The notes under the pieces: generated by a model
Databases searched by the model: none
Told to the model about the DNA's origin: nothing
Seen by the model: only the letters and a program-made list of their open reading frames with translations
Translations under genes and position numbers: made by a program
Assembly: GCA_013115125.1 (NCBI GenBank)
Contig: JABANN010000120.1
Span: 1 to 64,000, forward strand
DNA length: 64,000 nucleotides
Direction of reading: 5' to 3'
Source: Perkinsus olseni
Lineage: Eukaryota
Part shown: piece after piece, positions 26,266 to 40,088 of the stretch
Position numbering within the stretch: position 1 is the first letter of the stretch
Layout: every line of letters starts with the position of its first letter

Positions 26266-28812
26266 TATACGCTCGAAAGACTTTCCAAGCGCAAAAATCT
26301 CCGAAATGATACATCTGGCTCGTCGAAGACCTCATGTTGTTCAAGAACAACTGCTACGAAAATGTCCTCCCTTCGCAGTCAAAGGTTATCGCGGTAGCAG
26401 CCCATAACAGCATTACCTTATCCTTAGACAATTCTCTGAACCTGGCTGCAGCCCATCTCCTCTCGGCATCTTGGCAGGCATCTTTAATATTCCGACCACT
26501 CAAACCTGACATGCGTGGCGAGATGAAATCGCGCTGGGGGGAAGATGTTCATCCTCCCTTGGGAACTCACCGGCAGACATTTTGGCCAACTGCTCGCAGT
26601 CTTTCTGGGGGAGCTGCCGGGCATACAGACCGAATATGGCAGCCCTGCTGGCCTCGTCGGGCAGGGCAAACTCGACTGAGGTGTCGATCCTAGGAGGGGG
26701 GAGAGAACGACAAGTGGGGGGATCGAACCCGAGACTATCCCGTCCTACCGACTGACGAAGGCTTGATCTAGGTCCTGTTTCCGGTTAGTAGCAGCTATCA
26801 GCATGGCGTTGGCCTTTCCTGGAGTGCTAAAGCCATCAAGCTCCCTGAATACAGGCAAACTCATCTATGCAGTCCATCCGCTGTGTACTATCCACAGCGA
26901 GAGTCAACAAAGAATTCACGGCTCGAGAGAAGAAGTTTCCCCGGCTGCGAGTGAGCCTATCATATTTAGTACGATACTGCAGATACTAACCCGATTCTAA
27001 TCCCCAATGATAGCACCTTAGTAACACAGACAGTACACGCTTGCTAGCCTCATGCATCCCAGAAGGGTCATCCCTACTGGAGGCCAGAGTGTCAACTTCA
27101 TCCACGAACACTATCACACCTGATCCCTCCTTGCAACCTGAACGAGAGGCTATGACTACGAGTCGTCATTGACGACAACAACGCCTGTGGGATGCCCGCT
27201 TGCGAGGGAAGCCCGCAGCCGGCGTCAGTCCGTGCGGAGTGCAATACTATGAGCCACTGACGGTGTCCGAAACCGCCCTTGCCTGCTCCCTCGACTCACC
27301 CTCCTGCACTAGATCCCTGGCAAGCTCGAAGACTTTGGACAGATGCTTCTCGCTCTCTCCGTACCACTTCGAGAGTAGGGCTTCCAAAGGCACGTACACT
27401 AGGGGTATACCACAGCCTGCTGCTATGCATCTGGCAAAGGCGACGGCACTGTAAAAAAGAACCAGTGTTTTCACAAATGGCGTCGGAATCAGCCTTCGAC
27501 GTCAAATGTCTTGCCAGTTCGAAGAAGCGAAATTTTTGCTTCTGAAAAGCGGAGACCCCGAAAAACGGCAGATATTGTACACTGCAGAAAGTTTTACATC
27601 ATACTGAGTTAGATTCGGGCCCCATCGCGAAACTAGGGATCGTATCTCACCTCGCAGCGGACGTCTTGCCTGTCCCTGGAGGGCCTTCGAACAGGACCAC
27701 CTTCGGCCGGTTTGCAGGAGCAGCTTTCTGAGAACCACAGACACAGGTGTTCCACCACACGCAGGAGCATCCTATCTCACCCCTCGAGTTCCCTCTGCTA
27801 TCTTCTTAAACAGGCCAGGATGCTTCAACTGCAACAGCACCGTCTCTTCCACCCGAGCCTTGGTCTGAGGGTAGCCCACCAGGCCCTCCCAAACGTCATC
27901 ACTCGGTGTACCTCCAATGATCACAGCAAAATCAGAACCCAGAGCACTGCGCCACAGTCCGTAAGATGGTGCACGCCAGGCTAGGCTATTGATATCGATG
28001 GCCACTGATGACAGGTCCACAGCAGAGAAAATAAGGAAATGGCAAAGTGCTATGAGAGCTGGGCGCAGAGTCCCATTCATAGCTATGACACGACACAGAT
28101 TGACGAGTAACTTTATGACTAGTCCTGTGCGTACAGCATATGGCGGCGTAGTGGTCCACTCTCCATAGGATGGAACAACTACGGTGCTGCTCTCACTCCC
28201 ATCATCTTCGGCTACTACTACTACCAGTAGGCTTGATGGCTAATTCCGAATCACTGGTAATCTCAAAATCCGCACAGATGCCCCTCAATTCACAAACTCC
28301 CGTATCGCCTCGTGAGCCGCCACTACGTGCTACGATCGAGCGGGGAACCGTACTACCTTCCTCAGGAGGCAGAATCACGTCCACGCCCATCTCCTCGAGC
28401 TCCCGCTTCGCCTTCTCTCTAGGGCTCTCATTTCGTGGCGCGCGACGCTGCTTCGACATCCCATCCTGCGCACCATCCTCATTCAGAGATACCCCATCGA
28501 AGAGCTCAGCAAAGGCCCTGCCTGTCAAACAGCACCACACCGTCGGCCGACTCCCTCCAAGTACTGCTACCGTCCTACCAATATCCGAGTCCTGGTCTAT
28601 CGTACCGCTGTACCGCCGAGAGCCTTGTCTGTAGAGAGCGTGCTCCGTGAGACCCCGGAGCAACACCTGAAATCATCCGGTCGGGCAGCCATGAGCATGC
28701 CGCATACAACGTCCCGATGACAAGAAGATAATGAAAGATACCAGAGCCTCTGGTACCTGTGGTCTTCGCTCAAGAGACGAAGCCGAGGTCGATTCAACAA
28801 TGATAGTGTCAC
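26266..28812 (-). CDS. AAA+ ATPase (single AAA domain), multi-exon
   Basis: VLFEGPPGTGKT (Walker A, ~27660-27700), SKWYGESEK pore loop, VIVFVDEVD (Walker B), LIAATNRKQDLDQAFVSR (second region of homology), GLSGRNIKDACQDAER lid. Both ends approximate. Confidence 0.85.
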
Positions 28813-30796
28813 AAGAAATACTAACTCATAGACTAAAGGTTACTCCCCAGCACTCGGATGCCGCCACAAGTGCACTCACATCAGCATCATTCCGACTAAG
28901 TTGGCCAGTCGGTCGACTGAGTTCCCATGTAGTCATCATTCTGCCCGTTTCCTCTTGATAATTAGAGTACACGTCTAGAGTAGCTTGGGGCTTCTCAGGC
29001 TGTCCGAACACCACCTGGATGTTGGCTAGCTTCCGTGGCGACGGAGTGCGATAGCCATCCATCTTGGTAACCCTGGCAAGGGAGAGCGATGGGCGACTCG
29101 AGTTGAGAATACAGCCTAGATCTACTTCCTGTCTTGAACAGAAAAAGGCGGGAAGAGCATACGGCGCAGAAGCGCCCGGCGAGATCATTCCAAGTCCCAA
29201 GTTGGCTCCCTCGAAACGGCCAGGAGAGTAATGGACGTGCGATGTTAGGATGAGAAGAATGCTGCTGGAAGCCTCCGGTCCAGGACCCTTACCGGACATC
29301 TTCGTCTCCTCCGGTGATCGACATGAGGACGTCCACCAGCGCATAGAACAGATCAGCGCCATTATCAGAATAATATTGCCACCTAAAAATAACCCCAATC
29401 GCACAGCGTAACACAGCACAAGGCTCTACCCCGCCCAGCTTACTTCAATACGTCAGCGTCTCCCCGCTGCAGAACGTCGTAGCTGCTCCCGGCCGAGTGT
29501 GGTCTATGTGGCACTATGCTGGATATGTAGCGTTCGGCGTCCTCTACGCCCAGCTTGGCCTTCTTATCAGGTGGCTCTTCACACAGGGCTGGCGAGGAGG
29601 TCGCGAGAGCCAGTATCGCTCCGGCTGCTGATGCTAGACATAGGGACTTCGAAGGCGACGAGGAGGAGGTCTGAGAGCCGCAAGGTCGAAGATGAAGTTA
29701 AAAGATACCCCCCCCCCCATCCACCTCAGATCTCCGAGGGATGGAGCTGTTGATGCCTCTCCTGCGTGAGGTAGAGGTGCTGGAAAGGCTCGACAGTCGA
29801 CTAGACAGCGTTCGAGCGGACGATGCCCACATTGGTAAATACAAAAAACCTTAAACACATGACAATGGCGTATGCTCATGTTCATGCATAACCTTCATGA
29901 CGAGCCATGACCAACGCAGCCACCAGCAGCAGCTGCAGACGATTCTGCCAGTAGAAAAGTGCTAGAAAGCCTAGTGCTCACTAGTGCTCTCCTAGAATGA
30001 TACAAAATACAACCAAAAATGTACGATAGGGCAGACACCCATTCCACCTAGAATCTAGAATAGCGACAGCTGGGCGAGTGAAGCCCTTCAGCACTCCCAA
30101 CCCAACAATTCTGGACCACATTAACGCATGATGATACATGGCATGATCAAAATGCACCACGACTTCTCATGCATCGGCGGCACATATGAAACGAGGCCAA
30201 CAGGAGCTGTACAGACTTCTGATATGATAACAAAAGAGAATAATACTGGAGAGACGTGCATCCTGAGAAGGTGACGCCCGAGGCACTTGCAAGCGTACAC
30301 TGACCACGCCATACATGTTCCGGACGGACGGAACATAGTTGGTCCCGAGCCATGGTCGTGATTGTAGAAGCGTGTCACACCGAGAGTCGGCAGCTTGCAA
30401 GTCATGATGAAGAACCCCTCGAAAGGCCGCAAACAGTCGAGCACACAACAAGAGAGAGGAACAAGAAACCACACGCACACTAAAACAGTACTTACAGATA
30501 CAGTAGAAGAAGACGCAAAAATACATGGCGATGGGAGATGTCGTGAATTCATATCACAGAACTTCTGACCCTCGGGACGTCAGGCTCGACGAAGGAGGCT
30601 TCTTTCCGTACCTCTCTCCTTAATGATGCTACCTGAAGGGGCTGCCATGTACCGACTGATGAAGGGAAACACCAGCTAGAGACGATACTGAGTCGAAAAC
30701 CGGAGAATCCTCTGAGCGCCCAAGCGACAGCGCGCGAGTTCAAACTTAACGATCATCTACCAAGGAGGGCGCTGGCCAGTACTGGGGACTGCCCTA

Positions 30797-31240
30797 CTAC
30801 GATCCCCCCCTCCCGATCACTACCTCCTCCGTCAACGCTCGTATAGCAGCGGACTGGGCCATGAGAAGCTCCATCACATCAGGCGGATCTTGGGACGCAG
30901 TAGTGTCTACCGAGGCACGGGTAGAAAACTCTACGTCCAACCTGAATCGGGCGACACTTCTGCGGCGCGCGGCAACATCCACCATTCACTACATAGAGCT
31001 TGCCCGCCTAGTCGTCATGTGCCCGAAGTGCTGAGCATCCCGGCGACTCCGGTACTGGATCGCTTCCACCATCAACGCCACGAACGAGTTCACCAATATG
31101 AAATTAAAAAGTATTATTGATAGACCAAAGTACCTGACAGAGTACCATCGATCCTTACTCAAATAGCAGACAGGCATATCCTTCAGGATTGGACGACGAG
31201 TGCTATCAATCCACCCCCGCGAGAGGGCGGGAACCTCTGC
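30797..31240 (-). pseudogene. Fragment of a voltage-gated-type cation channel (pore loop, S6, C-terminal coiled coil)
   Basis: GWIDSTRRPILKDMP, a short intron, then YFGLSIILFNFILVNSFVALMVEAIQ (S6-like), then ELLMAQSAAIRALTEEV. No intact S1-S5 found upstream. Confidence 0.4.
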
Positions 31241-31779
31241 GTCAGTTCAGTTGTCATAAACCATTACACCTATGATAAGTGGATAGCGTACTTCTGCTGC
31301 TTCGTACGGTATGATTGATACAAAGAGTAAGGGGTGCCCGATCTGTGTATGAAATGTCCCCGCTTCAACATGCAATGAGGAGCCCACCGACCGGCGGCGC
31401 ACAGCAATGGTCAGAACCGCTGAGAACCTCATCTGCCATACGTGTCAACATATTTTTGAACTCCGGCAGTCCTCAGTATGGGTATGAAAGCCCTTCCCTC
31501 CCCCTCCCCCCCTATTTTTACAGTCTGCTGAATGCTGATAGCACCCACGAGCGTTCTCCATCAACATCCCCGAAGATAGGCTTAGCGAGGCCGGTTGACC
31601 AGGAATCCGCGCTGGAGAGCTGCAGAGTCGACCATATTGCATCCAGTATAGTACCATAGTTTTCAGTGCCACTCGAGGGGACAGCACCAAATGCCAACCA
31701 ACCGATACACGCACCGAGATAGAGGAAAGAGAAAAAGGGAACGAAGGCGAATATAAGGGTTGATCCGAGGCCTGAGATC

Positions 31780-32260
31780 GGATTAATTCACCCACTTCGA
31801 ACACCAACGATTATATCTACTACCAAATATAGCCCCGAAGATAGCAGTGAAACCTGGTAGCTGCGTACTAAATGTGAACATGCGCAGGTTAAGGTAGACC
31901 CAGCAATAGCCGAGAGACTGTGATGCCTCAATCGACGCCCAGATGAACATCGATAAGCCCACAGTAACGTGGAAACCTACAACATAGTGCTGATATGCTA
32001 ACTACTCCCAAGTGACGAGCAGACCCCCAGATGGGATGGGTATCTTGCTATCTTGTTATATCTCAACGGATTATCGCTCTAGCCTTTCTTACGTATAGAC
32101 CATCGGGCCTTCCTCGTAGCTCTCTCACAGGCTATCAAGCCTATAGTGCATAGGAGGACATCCAGCCCATTGAAGGCCAGCCACATAGTATCCACTACAA
32201 CCCATCCTGTGGGGCATGCACGGCACACTGGCACTGAGTCCTCCGGGAAATGGTCAGCCT
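31780..32260 (+). mobile_element. Highly decayed non-LTR (LINE-like) retroelement remnant, RNase H region
   Basis: Frameshifted AHS..N..ADML (RNase H C-terminal motif, ~31955-32003), followed by an LTG/Cys relic. Stops in all frames. Confidence 0.3.
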
Positions 32261-34190
32261 AAGAACACTACAACTACATCCCCTGCACCGGTGAGCACAG
32301 CTAGTATCGCAAGCGAAGCCTCAGCACAGCTAGTCTCTACTGCCATCTCAAGGCCTGCATTAAACGCCAACCATTCGAAGACTCCAGGGCCTCACTGACT
32401 TGCGTTCTAGCTATCGACACCATTATTCGAACCATCCCAAGTTGGGATTCCCAACAATACAATTTCCATATCAATTTCAGAAGTGTCTCGCAATGCCTAC
32501 GCTTGAGAAGAGCTGAGCGCTGCCGTGAGCCCCTCCGCCCATTACTACATTCCTCACACAAGCTGTGAAGCACTGCAGCTGGGACGCTACCATACCCAGC
32601 AATACCGATATTGAAAACCATACTCCAGCATAGACAAACCGAGGCAGGGTCCGTAGCACCTACTGTTGAGGAGATAGAAACAGCAGCCATACTACTGAGT
32701 GAGGTGTCACAGCTCTCTGGAATAATCTATTTCCGAGGGCCCGACGCAGAAAGGGAGTCCAGAACTATCGTACGCCCATTACTGCGGTGCGATGCTCTCA
32801 CTTAAAGACTACGACTATCACGAGACCCCTGTCCTTTCCTACCGGACGTCAGTCCCTTATATTACCATTGTGCCAGCCAGTGTCCGCAGTATCGAGTTAC
32901 CCCACCGAGGGAGGCAGTCAAACTGGATGCTTGCTAATTCACCAGATTGGGCGAGAGACCTTCGCCAAATATTCATGGCGGGGAAGCGCGATTCGCGAGG
33001 AGACGAGCGCGGAGGGACATCAGTACCCATACGACAGGGGATGAAAAGGCTGTCATGAACATCAGACTTCCCACGGCAAAGGTCGTCGCAGCATGCTCAA
33101 TGCCATGCCGCATTCCCTTGAAGCCTTCCCTCGATTCCCGATGGCTCGGATGAAAACAAGGATGCACCCAGGAGTATCAAACTCGAAACTTTTTTCAACT
33201 GTTACTCAGATATGAGATGAGCGAACCGCCTCCTTCCAGAAACGGGCTGCCTCGAGCAGCCCAACAGGATGAATATTCAATAACATCATAGCTGAGATCG
33301 ATAGGAGAACAACAGAGGAACCTACTACTTAGTACAGGACCATACCACCATCATTGTACAGCCAAGGGCTTGCTTCAACGGGTACACCAGATTGCCTTAA
33401 AATGGTGTAGAGCCCGCAGATAGCTCCTTCAACGGCCGTAGCAATGCGATGATGACTCAGACAGTATTCCAAACAAGTCTACTATGTGTTGACTGTCAAG
33501 GGGCGACGCCCTGGCTTACGATGATGAGCCTTTACGAGCGTCGGAGGCCAGCTGCTGTCGTGTATCCTGGCCCCGCCAGCCGCCGGCTTCGACCTCTTAG
33601 TGTGGATGAGGTGTCAAATCAGAGATATTGAAATGATATCGAAGGAACCGAAGAAATCCTTAACGGTGCATCAACGAGTCAGCACTGTTATTGGCAATGT
33701 TTCGGAAAATACGATAAATAATGGTGCATTGAAGTTTTACTACATTACTACGGGGAATATGATAATGAATAATACTCCCTAGCATGCACAGTACGTACTA
33801 CTAACACTCGTCAGAATGCCGGATGCTGAATCGAGCTGCGCTTGGTTACATGCGATTCCAGGCACAGCTGGACGCCAGCTCGAGTGAGAGTTCTCGGCCT
33901 CGGCTTGAGGGCGAGGTGTAGGGCATCGCCATGATTCGTGAGACATTTTGAGGCGCGCGAAAATGACGACGACGCCGGTTGGTGAACTCCGAAGCAACAG
34001 GCACCTCAGGAACGTAGTTGAAGGCTCTGTTGTGTTCCTGACAACACCCGCTATCATTGGGAGGGAATCTCAATCAATACACCTTCGGCACTCTACATTC
34101 CACGGTTTTCTCGAAGTTCGAGAATATACGTGACGTAGTCGCCGAGAAGCGATCAAAATTCTCCAAGCGAATCAACGCCACTACAACTGA

Positions 34191-34603
34191 CTAAGGTTGA
34201 CCCAGCAGCTTGCCAGGGATGCGCCATAGTCTTCGATCGATAATCATTCTTATGGCAAAAAGAAAGGAAACTCCGATGATAGAAGGTGTAAAGACCGGGA
34301 GCCCCTCCCCGAGTGGTAGTACCTTGAAGCTCTCCACGTACCGGACATGTGCTAGCTCGCCCTGCCCACCAGGCACTTCGTCAGCAAAACAGATGGAGTG
34401 TGTTTTCGCCCTCATCCGCTTGGCATCATCATCATCCTCCTCCGAAAACGCTGACAAAGGAGCAGATGCACAGGGCACTCAACCGGGCAGCTGCTGCTGC
34501 TGCTGCATCAGAGCGCTCACATGTGTCGCAAGTGCTGCCGCTCTGTGTCCGGTCCGCTCTGCCCGACGGTTGCAGCGTTGACGCCATTACCGAGAGCATC
34601 ATT
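34191..34603 (-). CDS. Small protein with RVxF-like motif, family copy 1
   Basis: KTHSICFADEVPGGQGELAHVRYVESFK followed by a GT donor; 3' end uncertain. Confidence 0.6.
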
Positions 34604-35299
34604 ATATAAGATTCTTAAATAGCTTAATACGACCCCGATCCCGTTCGCAGTCTAAGAACCAAAGTGCTTTTAAAGACAGATCAACCAACAGGTGCAGGAC
34701 CGTCACACATACAAGCAGCTGTTTTTGTGCGGTGCAGCTGTTAGTTGTATTATGTTAATCGCAAGGCGAGAGAGCACTGATGAGCTTCTAACGGGCTACG
34801 CCTCTAGAATGCCTTGTGAATACATCGGACTACGATTATCAGAGTCAAAAAATATGCCCAACAACAAACCGTGACGTTTTAACTCGAGCGAATACGTCAC
34901 CATACAGTAAGGGGAAGACAATCTCAAGGACTATCATCATCAGTGGCAGTGTCAAAGCAATAATACTATAAATGATTATGGTGACTACAGGCAAACATAA
35001 AATTTGATACTGGTTGGATTCGACTCCGAATCAACGAGAGCACTCGTACGAGGCACTTGATCGTTAGACGACACCGCAGTGTCCCCTAGCCTCCCGTCAC
35101 CCTCTGGATGCATCTCGCTGTTCACTCGATTGTGGGCCTGCTGAATATGAGCTTCTTGGAGGGTATAAGATATGTACTAAGACTTTGTCACACACGTTAA
35201 GGGTGATTAATTGGAATCGGATAGGTACAAGATGCAATTTCTATTGGTTGTCTCACACGCTGTCATGACGGTTTCCCATTAGAATTCAATTCATCAATC

Positions 35300-35731
35300 T
35301 AGTCAACCTACAGCTCCTCCTTGGCGCTAGTGCACATACATATAAAATGAGCTGATCTCGTGTAAGTGTCGAACAGGTCTACCCCTGGCAGCTCACTGAC
35401 CTACTTTAAAGCTCTCAACATTAACAGTGCAAACCAGAGGCTCTTGATTCGCCCCAGGGGCCTCGTCTGCGAAACACAAGGAATGGTTCTTCGATTTCGA
35501 TGTTATAGGACAGCCTGTACATAAAAATGATAGGCAGTGGCGACAACTTCGTATGCGCCTACCAAACCTGTCCCTTCGTAATCCACCGACAGCCTCTCCA
35601 CACTCAGCCTTCGCCGCTGCCCCGACAGAAGAAGCCGATGAACGGTATTTCTCATCAGACATCGAGCTCTGGGTATTGCTGTCATCTTGCTCCGCTACGT
35701 CGGCCTCTTCCTTGGTGGGAGCCGCGGCCAT
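35300..35731 (-). CDS. Small protein with RVxF-like motif, family copy 2
   Basis: RRDRFG...KSKNHSLCFADEAPGANQEPLVCTVNVESFK followed by a GT donor; 3' end uncertain. Confidence 0.6.
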
Positions 35732-36599
35732 TAACAGAGACGGAGAGCAGCAAGAAGGCTACATAGAAGGCTTTTCGACCCGTCGAGTAACACAACACGA
35801 AGGCGGTGGGTGACGGTAACCAGCGGCGTCGCAACCTGCGCGTTAGCCATTGTCAGCCTCTGCCTCAACTCGACAAACCAAGTGTTGCTATCAACGGCTT
35901 GTGATTGAGACCAGCAGCACTGGCGACAAGAGCAGCATTATTAATATGAGGAACTTTGAGTAGCATTTCGGGTCTATTACGTATGAGTTCGGAATTCTAC
36001 TCAACTAAATGAGAGAGAAGACGAAGAAGAAGATAAGAACGACAAAGAATAACACTAATAATAGACAGGCCACTACGTGTCGGCGTTGACCAGTTGTGAC
36101 GGCCGTTTCAAATGCAAGGTGCAGATATAATTTGAATATTACGGGCACAGGTCGCTTGGCTCTGACCTGGCTCAGCGCGCTCACTCGTCAGTGAAACGCG
36201 ATGGTCTTAGTGAATATGAAAGCTCATACTAGAGCGTTACGAACAGTATTATTTATTAATCCTTGTGATAAGGTCACACTTAATGACGCTGATTAAATAC
36301 ATTTACTTTAGAGCAGATTTCGGGATCTTGCTCGGCCGGGAGTCCATCGTCCCACTGAAGCAGTCCAAGAGGAGGCCCAATGCAGTGAGGCAGGTTGATC
36401 CGCACGACGGATCAATATACTTCTGCGGACGATAAGTACTGGCGTAGGTGAAGTCCTGAGGGAACAACGGTTCTTAGCGCGGGAAAACGTACACGCACAA
36501 GTCAAACTCGTGATAGTAAAAAGCTGTAGTGATGGAGAACTATGCATAAAGACAGTTGTAGATTGTTATCGAGAGGTTGTGGAGTTCAAAGGGAAGGCT

Positions 36600-37032
36600 T
36601 GTGAGTAGCATGACTGAAGGATTTCTCAACACTAATGGAAAAAGACGCAGTGTTGATCTAGTGTAACCTGTTTGCTTCGCTACAAGGACGCACTCACCTT
36701 CACACTGGGCACCATGTGCACGCTCTCAAGGGGGAGCTTCGAGCCAGGACATTCATCGGGAAACCTCACGTGTCTCCCAGTATCGCAATCCTGGAACGAA
36801 CCTGCCACCAACAGTCTTCTCGCTTGCCTAGGTATTAAGACAAAGCCCATGACGCACACTCACCTTCATCCGGTTGATCGTCGAAGAAGAGGCTATCAAG
36901 CGTTGATGCCGACCCCAAGCTGCGGTACTCGACACTTCCTTCATCTACGAGATTGTCATCCACAGAGTGTTTGAGTATTCCAACCGATGGACATGTCATT
37001 TCCAATTTGCGGTTGACAAGCGGATCTTTCAT
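36600..37032 (-). CDS. Small protein with canonical RVxF motif, family copy 3
   Basis: After splicing, GRHVRFPDECPGSKLPLESVHMVPSVK (36698-36778) followed by a GTGAGT donor. This exon is not visible in the ORF track; 3' end uncertain. Confidence 0.5.
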
Positions 37033-38680
37033 TATGGTAGGATACAAACAAGCTACACGAACACCCCCTGATAGGACGTGCCACAACCACCGGAGCCCCT
37101 AGATATCACAACACGCCCCTTTCGAATAGCTGGTCAGTCTCGGAAGGGTTTAGTGCTCCCAAAGGAGGCCTATCACGGTAACCATAGCCGAAGTCCTACT
37201 AGGCCTTTTAGGACTGTCCTAGCACTGAAGGGCGAAAACCATCATCTCTATTGAATCACTTAGTGTAACACGAAGCATCCCCGCCCACACACAACTACAC
37301 ACAGCTGCAGCGCTAAATAACCATCTGACTCGCACTCTTGCTCTTAACTCAACAACATACTCTTCGATCCGACATCGACGTGGTTAAGAGATCAGATGAA
37401 AGATAGCTCGAAACCGGCAAATACACCGTGCGGAACGGGCGTACCACTCAGAAACGACTAGTAAAACGAACAAGTATGACAACAACAATAAGACGGGGGC
37501 AGTAGGGCAGCTACAGAAGGACCAGGAGCAAGCTTAGACAACCATCGCTCACTGAAAGCTCGACTGCTGTGAAAGGAACAACATACAATCAGGAATGGGA
37601 CAAGTCAGTCACCACCATGGAGAAGAACCAGACAATATGTTGAAACTGCCCCCCAGGAGGATTCATATCCCTCAAATCGGGGATTGAGTATTAAGACCAC
37701 GAACGGTACTCACTTACATACGACCGGATGGAAGACTACTATCATGACTATCAATAGTTTGCGAAGCGCGCTCTAACGAGCTGGACGCTTGTGGCTCGTC
37801 TAACGATAATACACTAAGGCATATCACAATAATTGGGTGTATTGTTATGAGAGGAGACGGGAGAGCGACGCTCCACACGGAGACTACATCAACCGTAACA
37901 AGAAAAACAAGAAAACTTTTTTGGTATGATTATGATCATTAGTACACAATGCAATGAAATATTGCATTGAACACGTTGTTGCAAATAGTTTGCAACATCC
38001 ATGCTCCCCATAAATACATGTGCAACCGTCAAGAGCATAAACTAGGGTGTAAATACGTCGAGGGAAAACCGAAAAGAACTCGAAGGAAGAAGACAGTATT
38101 ATGTTTACTGCCTTCCTCCATACAGAAACAGACAGTACAGTTACTGTTACTCGGACAAGTTCAGAGACAGGCTTAGCCGGATGTAACATACACGGTTATG
38201 AATGCAGCGTGTCCAACGGCACAGCGGACCACCGGACACAAGTGACAAGCATTGCCCACTGTTACCAAAAGCACGCTGCATCGAAGCCGCCACGAAGGAA
38301 TGAGAACCACCTAATCCGAGCGGCAAGAGAACCAAAGAAATTGGTCTCGTCCAGCAGAGGCAAGTTCAGTGGTATTAACATTAATAAACCATATTTCACA
38401 ACATCACAGGATGTGAGATGTACTCACTATCCTGTCCAACGGAGATGAATCGCTACCATGACGGTAGTTTGGTGCAACAAGTTCAACCATACTGAAAATG
38501 GCGCACTTCGTGGTACACAAACAGCGACAACACCCAGTAAACGTCTTGATGGTAGGTAATAGTTGAATAAAGGGGAGCAAACATCGTAAAGCAGCTGAGA
38601 AAAGTTTTCTCAGTTATGCGTGAATGTCCACCGGATGGACTACGTCTTCATAAAAATTGCGGTGTGTTGACGGACTCAAC

Positions 38681-39316
38681 TTACATGTAGTACGACTCGG
38701 ACCGCAAAGCCGCATAATCTTCCTCCATTGGATCACTCGCCGAGAATAGAAGGTGTAAAAACTCCTTGAAACCACCGAGGCAACTCTGCTTCTTCTGGGG
38801 AAATTCCGTGTCACGGGGCTCGAAGCTGAGAGTGCGATTCAGATCCTGAAACAATGAGAGTGGACAGAGGCACAGAGCTGCTAGACCCACCTTGTAACAC
38901 TCGACGGGAATCACCGTCTCTAGGGATTGAGGGCTCCCATGGTTGTCGGGAATCTCGTCAGCGAAAGATATGGAGTGGTCTTTCGAATGAGCAATAATTT
39001 CGTTACCTGAGTGACGAATCGGACTTAAATACGAAGGCTCCACCTTGCCAAGCTAGAAGAAGTGCATGCGAAAAATTATTTACCCATAACAAGTCGGCAA
39101 ACTCTAACTTTCATACAGACACAGCCAAACATGAAAGTTGAAACTCTCAAAGCATATCTAGTCGTTACCAGCCGAAATCTTACCGTTTCTATCCGCACGC
39201 ACCGAACGAGGCGAGCTAAGCGAATCCACAGTATCCATTGATGACTCTCTAGAAGCCAATATAGAACGAGGGGAGGAAGATGAGATGGTGGACAACGAAT
39301 CGGGCGATCTGTCCAT
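38681..39316 (-). CDS. Small protein with RVxF-like motif, family copy 4
   Basis: MDRSPDS..RADRN, intron, GNEIIAHSKDHSISFADEIPD..LETVIPVECYK, intron, DLNRTLSFEP... Confidence 0.6.
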
Positions 39317-40088
39317 GGTTGTTGTTAGGGAATTTGAGGATTTCTTATCAATAGCTGGAACTGAGAGCAAACCACGTCGCGAACATACTCGAAGACAGCC
39401 GGCATAATAGATCGTAGCCATCCATGAGCAGCAGGATATCTTTTTCTTTTGTGCTACCACAAAACTTTTTCGGGCGCGCGCTACTTCCACCGCTGCCCGA
39501 GGAATGAAGTGGAATGACAACAGTACTCATTGCCTGTGGGCCATAACCATCGGTAGTCCTCGTCGTCGCCTTACCGCTTCGTACTATGTGACCGCTGGAG
39601 TAACATTGTTTGAATAAGGACATAACTTCTTTCCGCTTCGCACTTGATGAGCACGTCACACAATGCAGCCAGTGATGACGCAACGCAATATTGCTGCGTG
39701 TCGGATTATCTTTCTGGATGTGTTAACGCCTTTGATTTAACTCGCAATACCTGTTGGTGGCAGCGGGGCATTGGGAAGAATGGTTCGTACAGGCATAGTG
39801 TGCGGATAGTCCCGGGCCTGCGATATTGCTCGTCATCTATTTGTCTGTCGTGGCGTCGTTCCGCAAACTACGGAACATGACAAGCTGCCGATTAGTAGCC
39901 GGCACATAATAGCATCACCCGATGATAATCGGGTACTCGGCGAATAGGAATGCAATGCACTCCGCTCTAACGGAAGGACAATGAGATACTAGTTGAACGA
40001 CCCCGCTGGGCGCGGGGACGCTGTCTGTCTGCTGTCTGCGAAATGCCCATGTGATGATTACCTTCGCAGTCCGCCTACACCCATCCCA

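Noticed and set aside
29940-30550. Short AGTGCT/CTAG repeats and Cys-rich minus ORFs, as a possible LTR or gene
   Set aside because: No second copy, TSD or PBS is visible; the ORFs look compositional.
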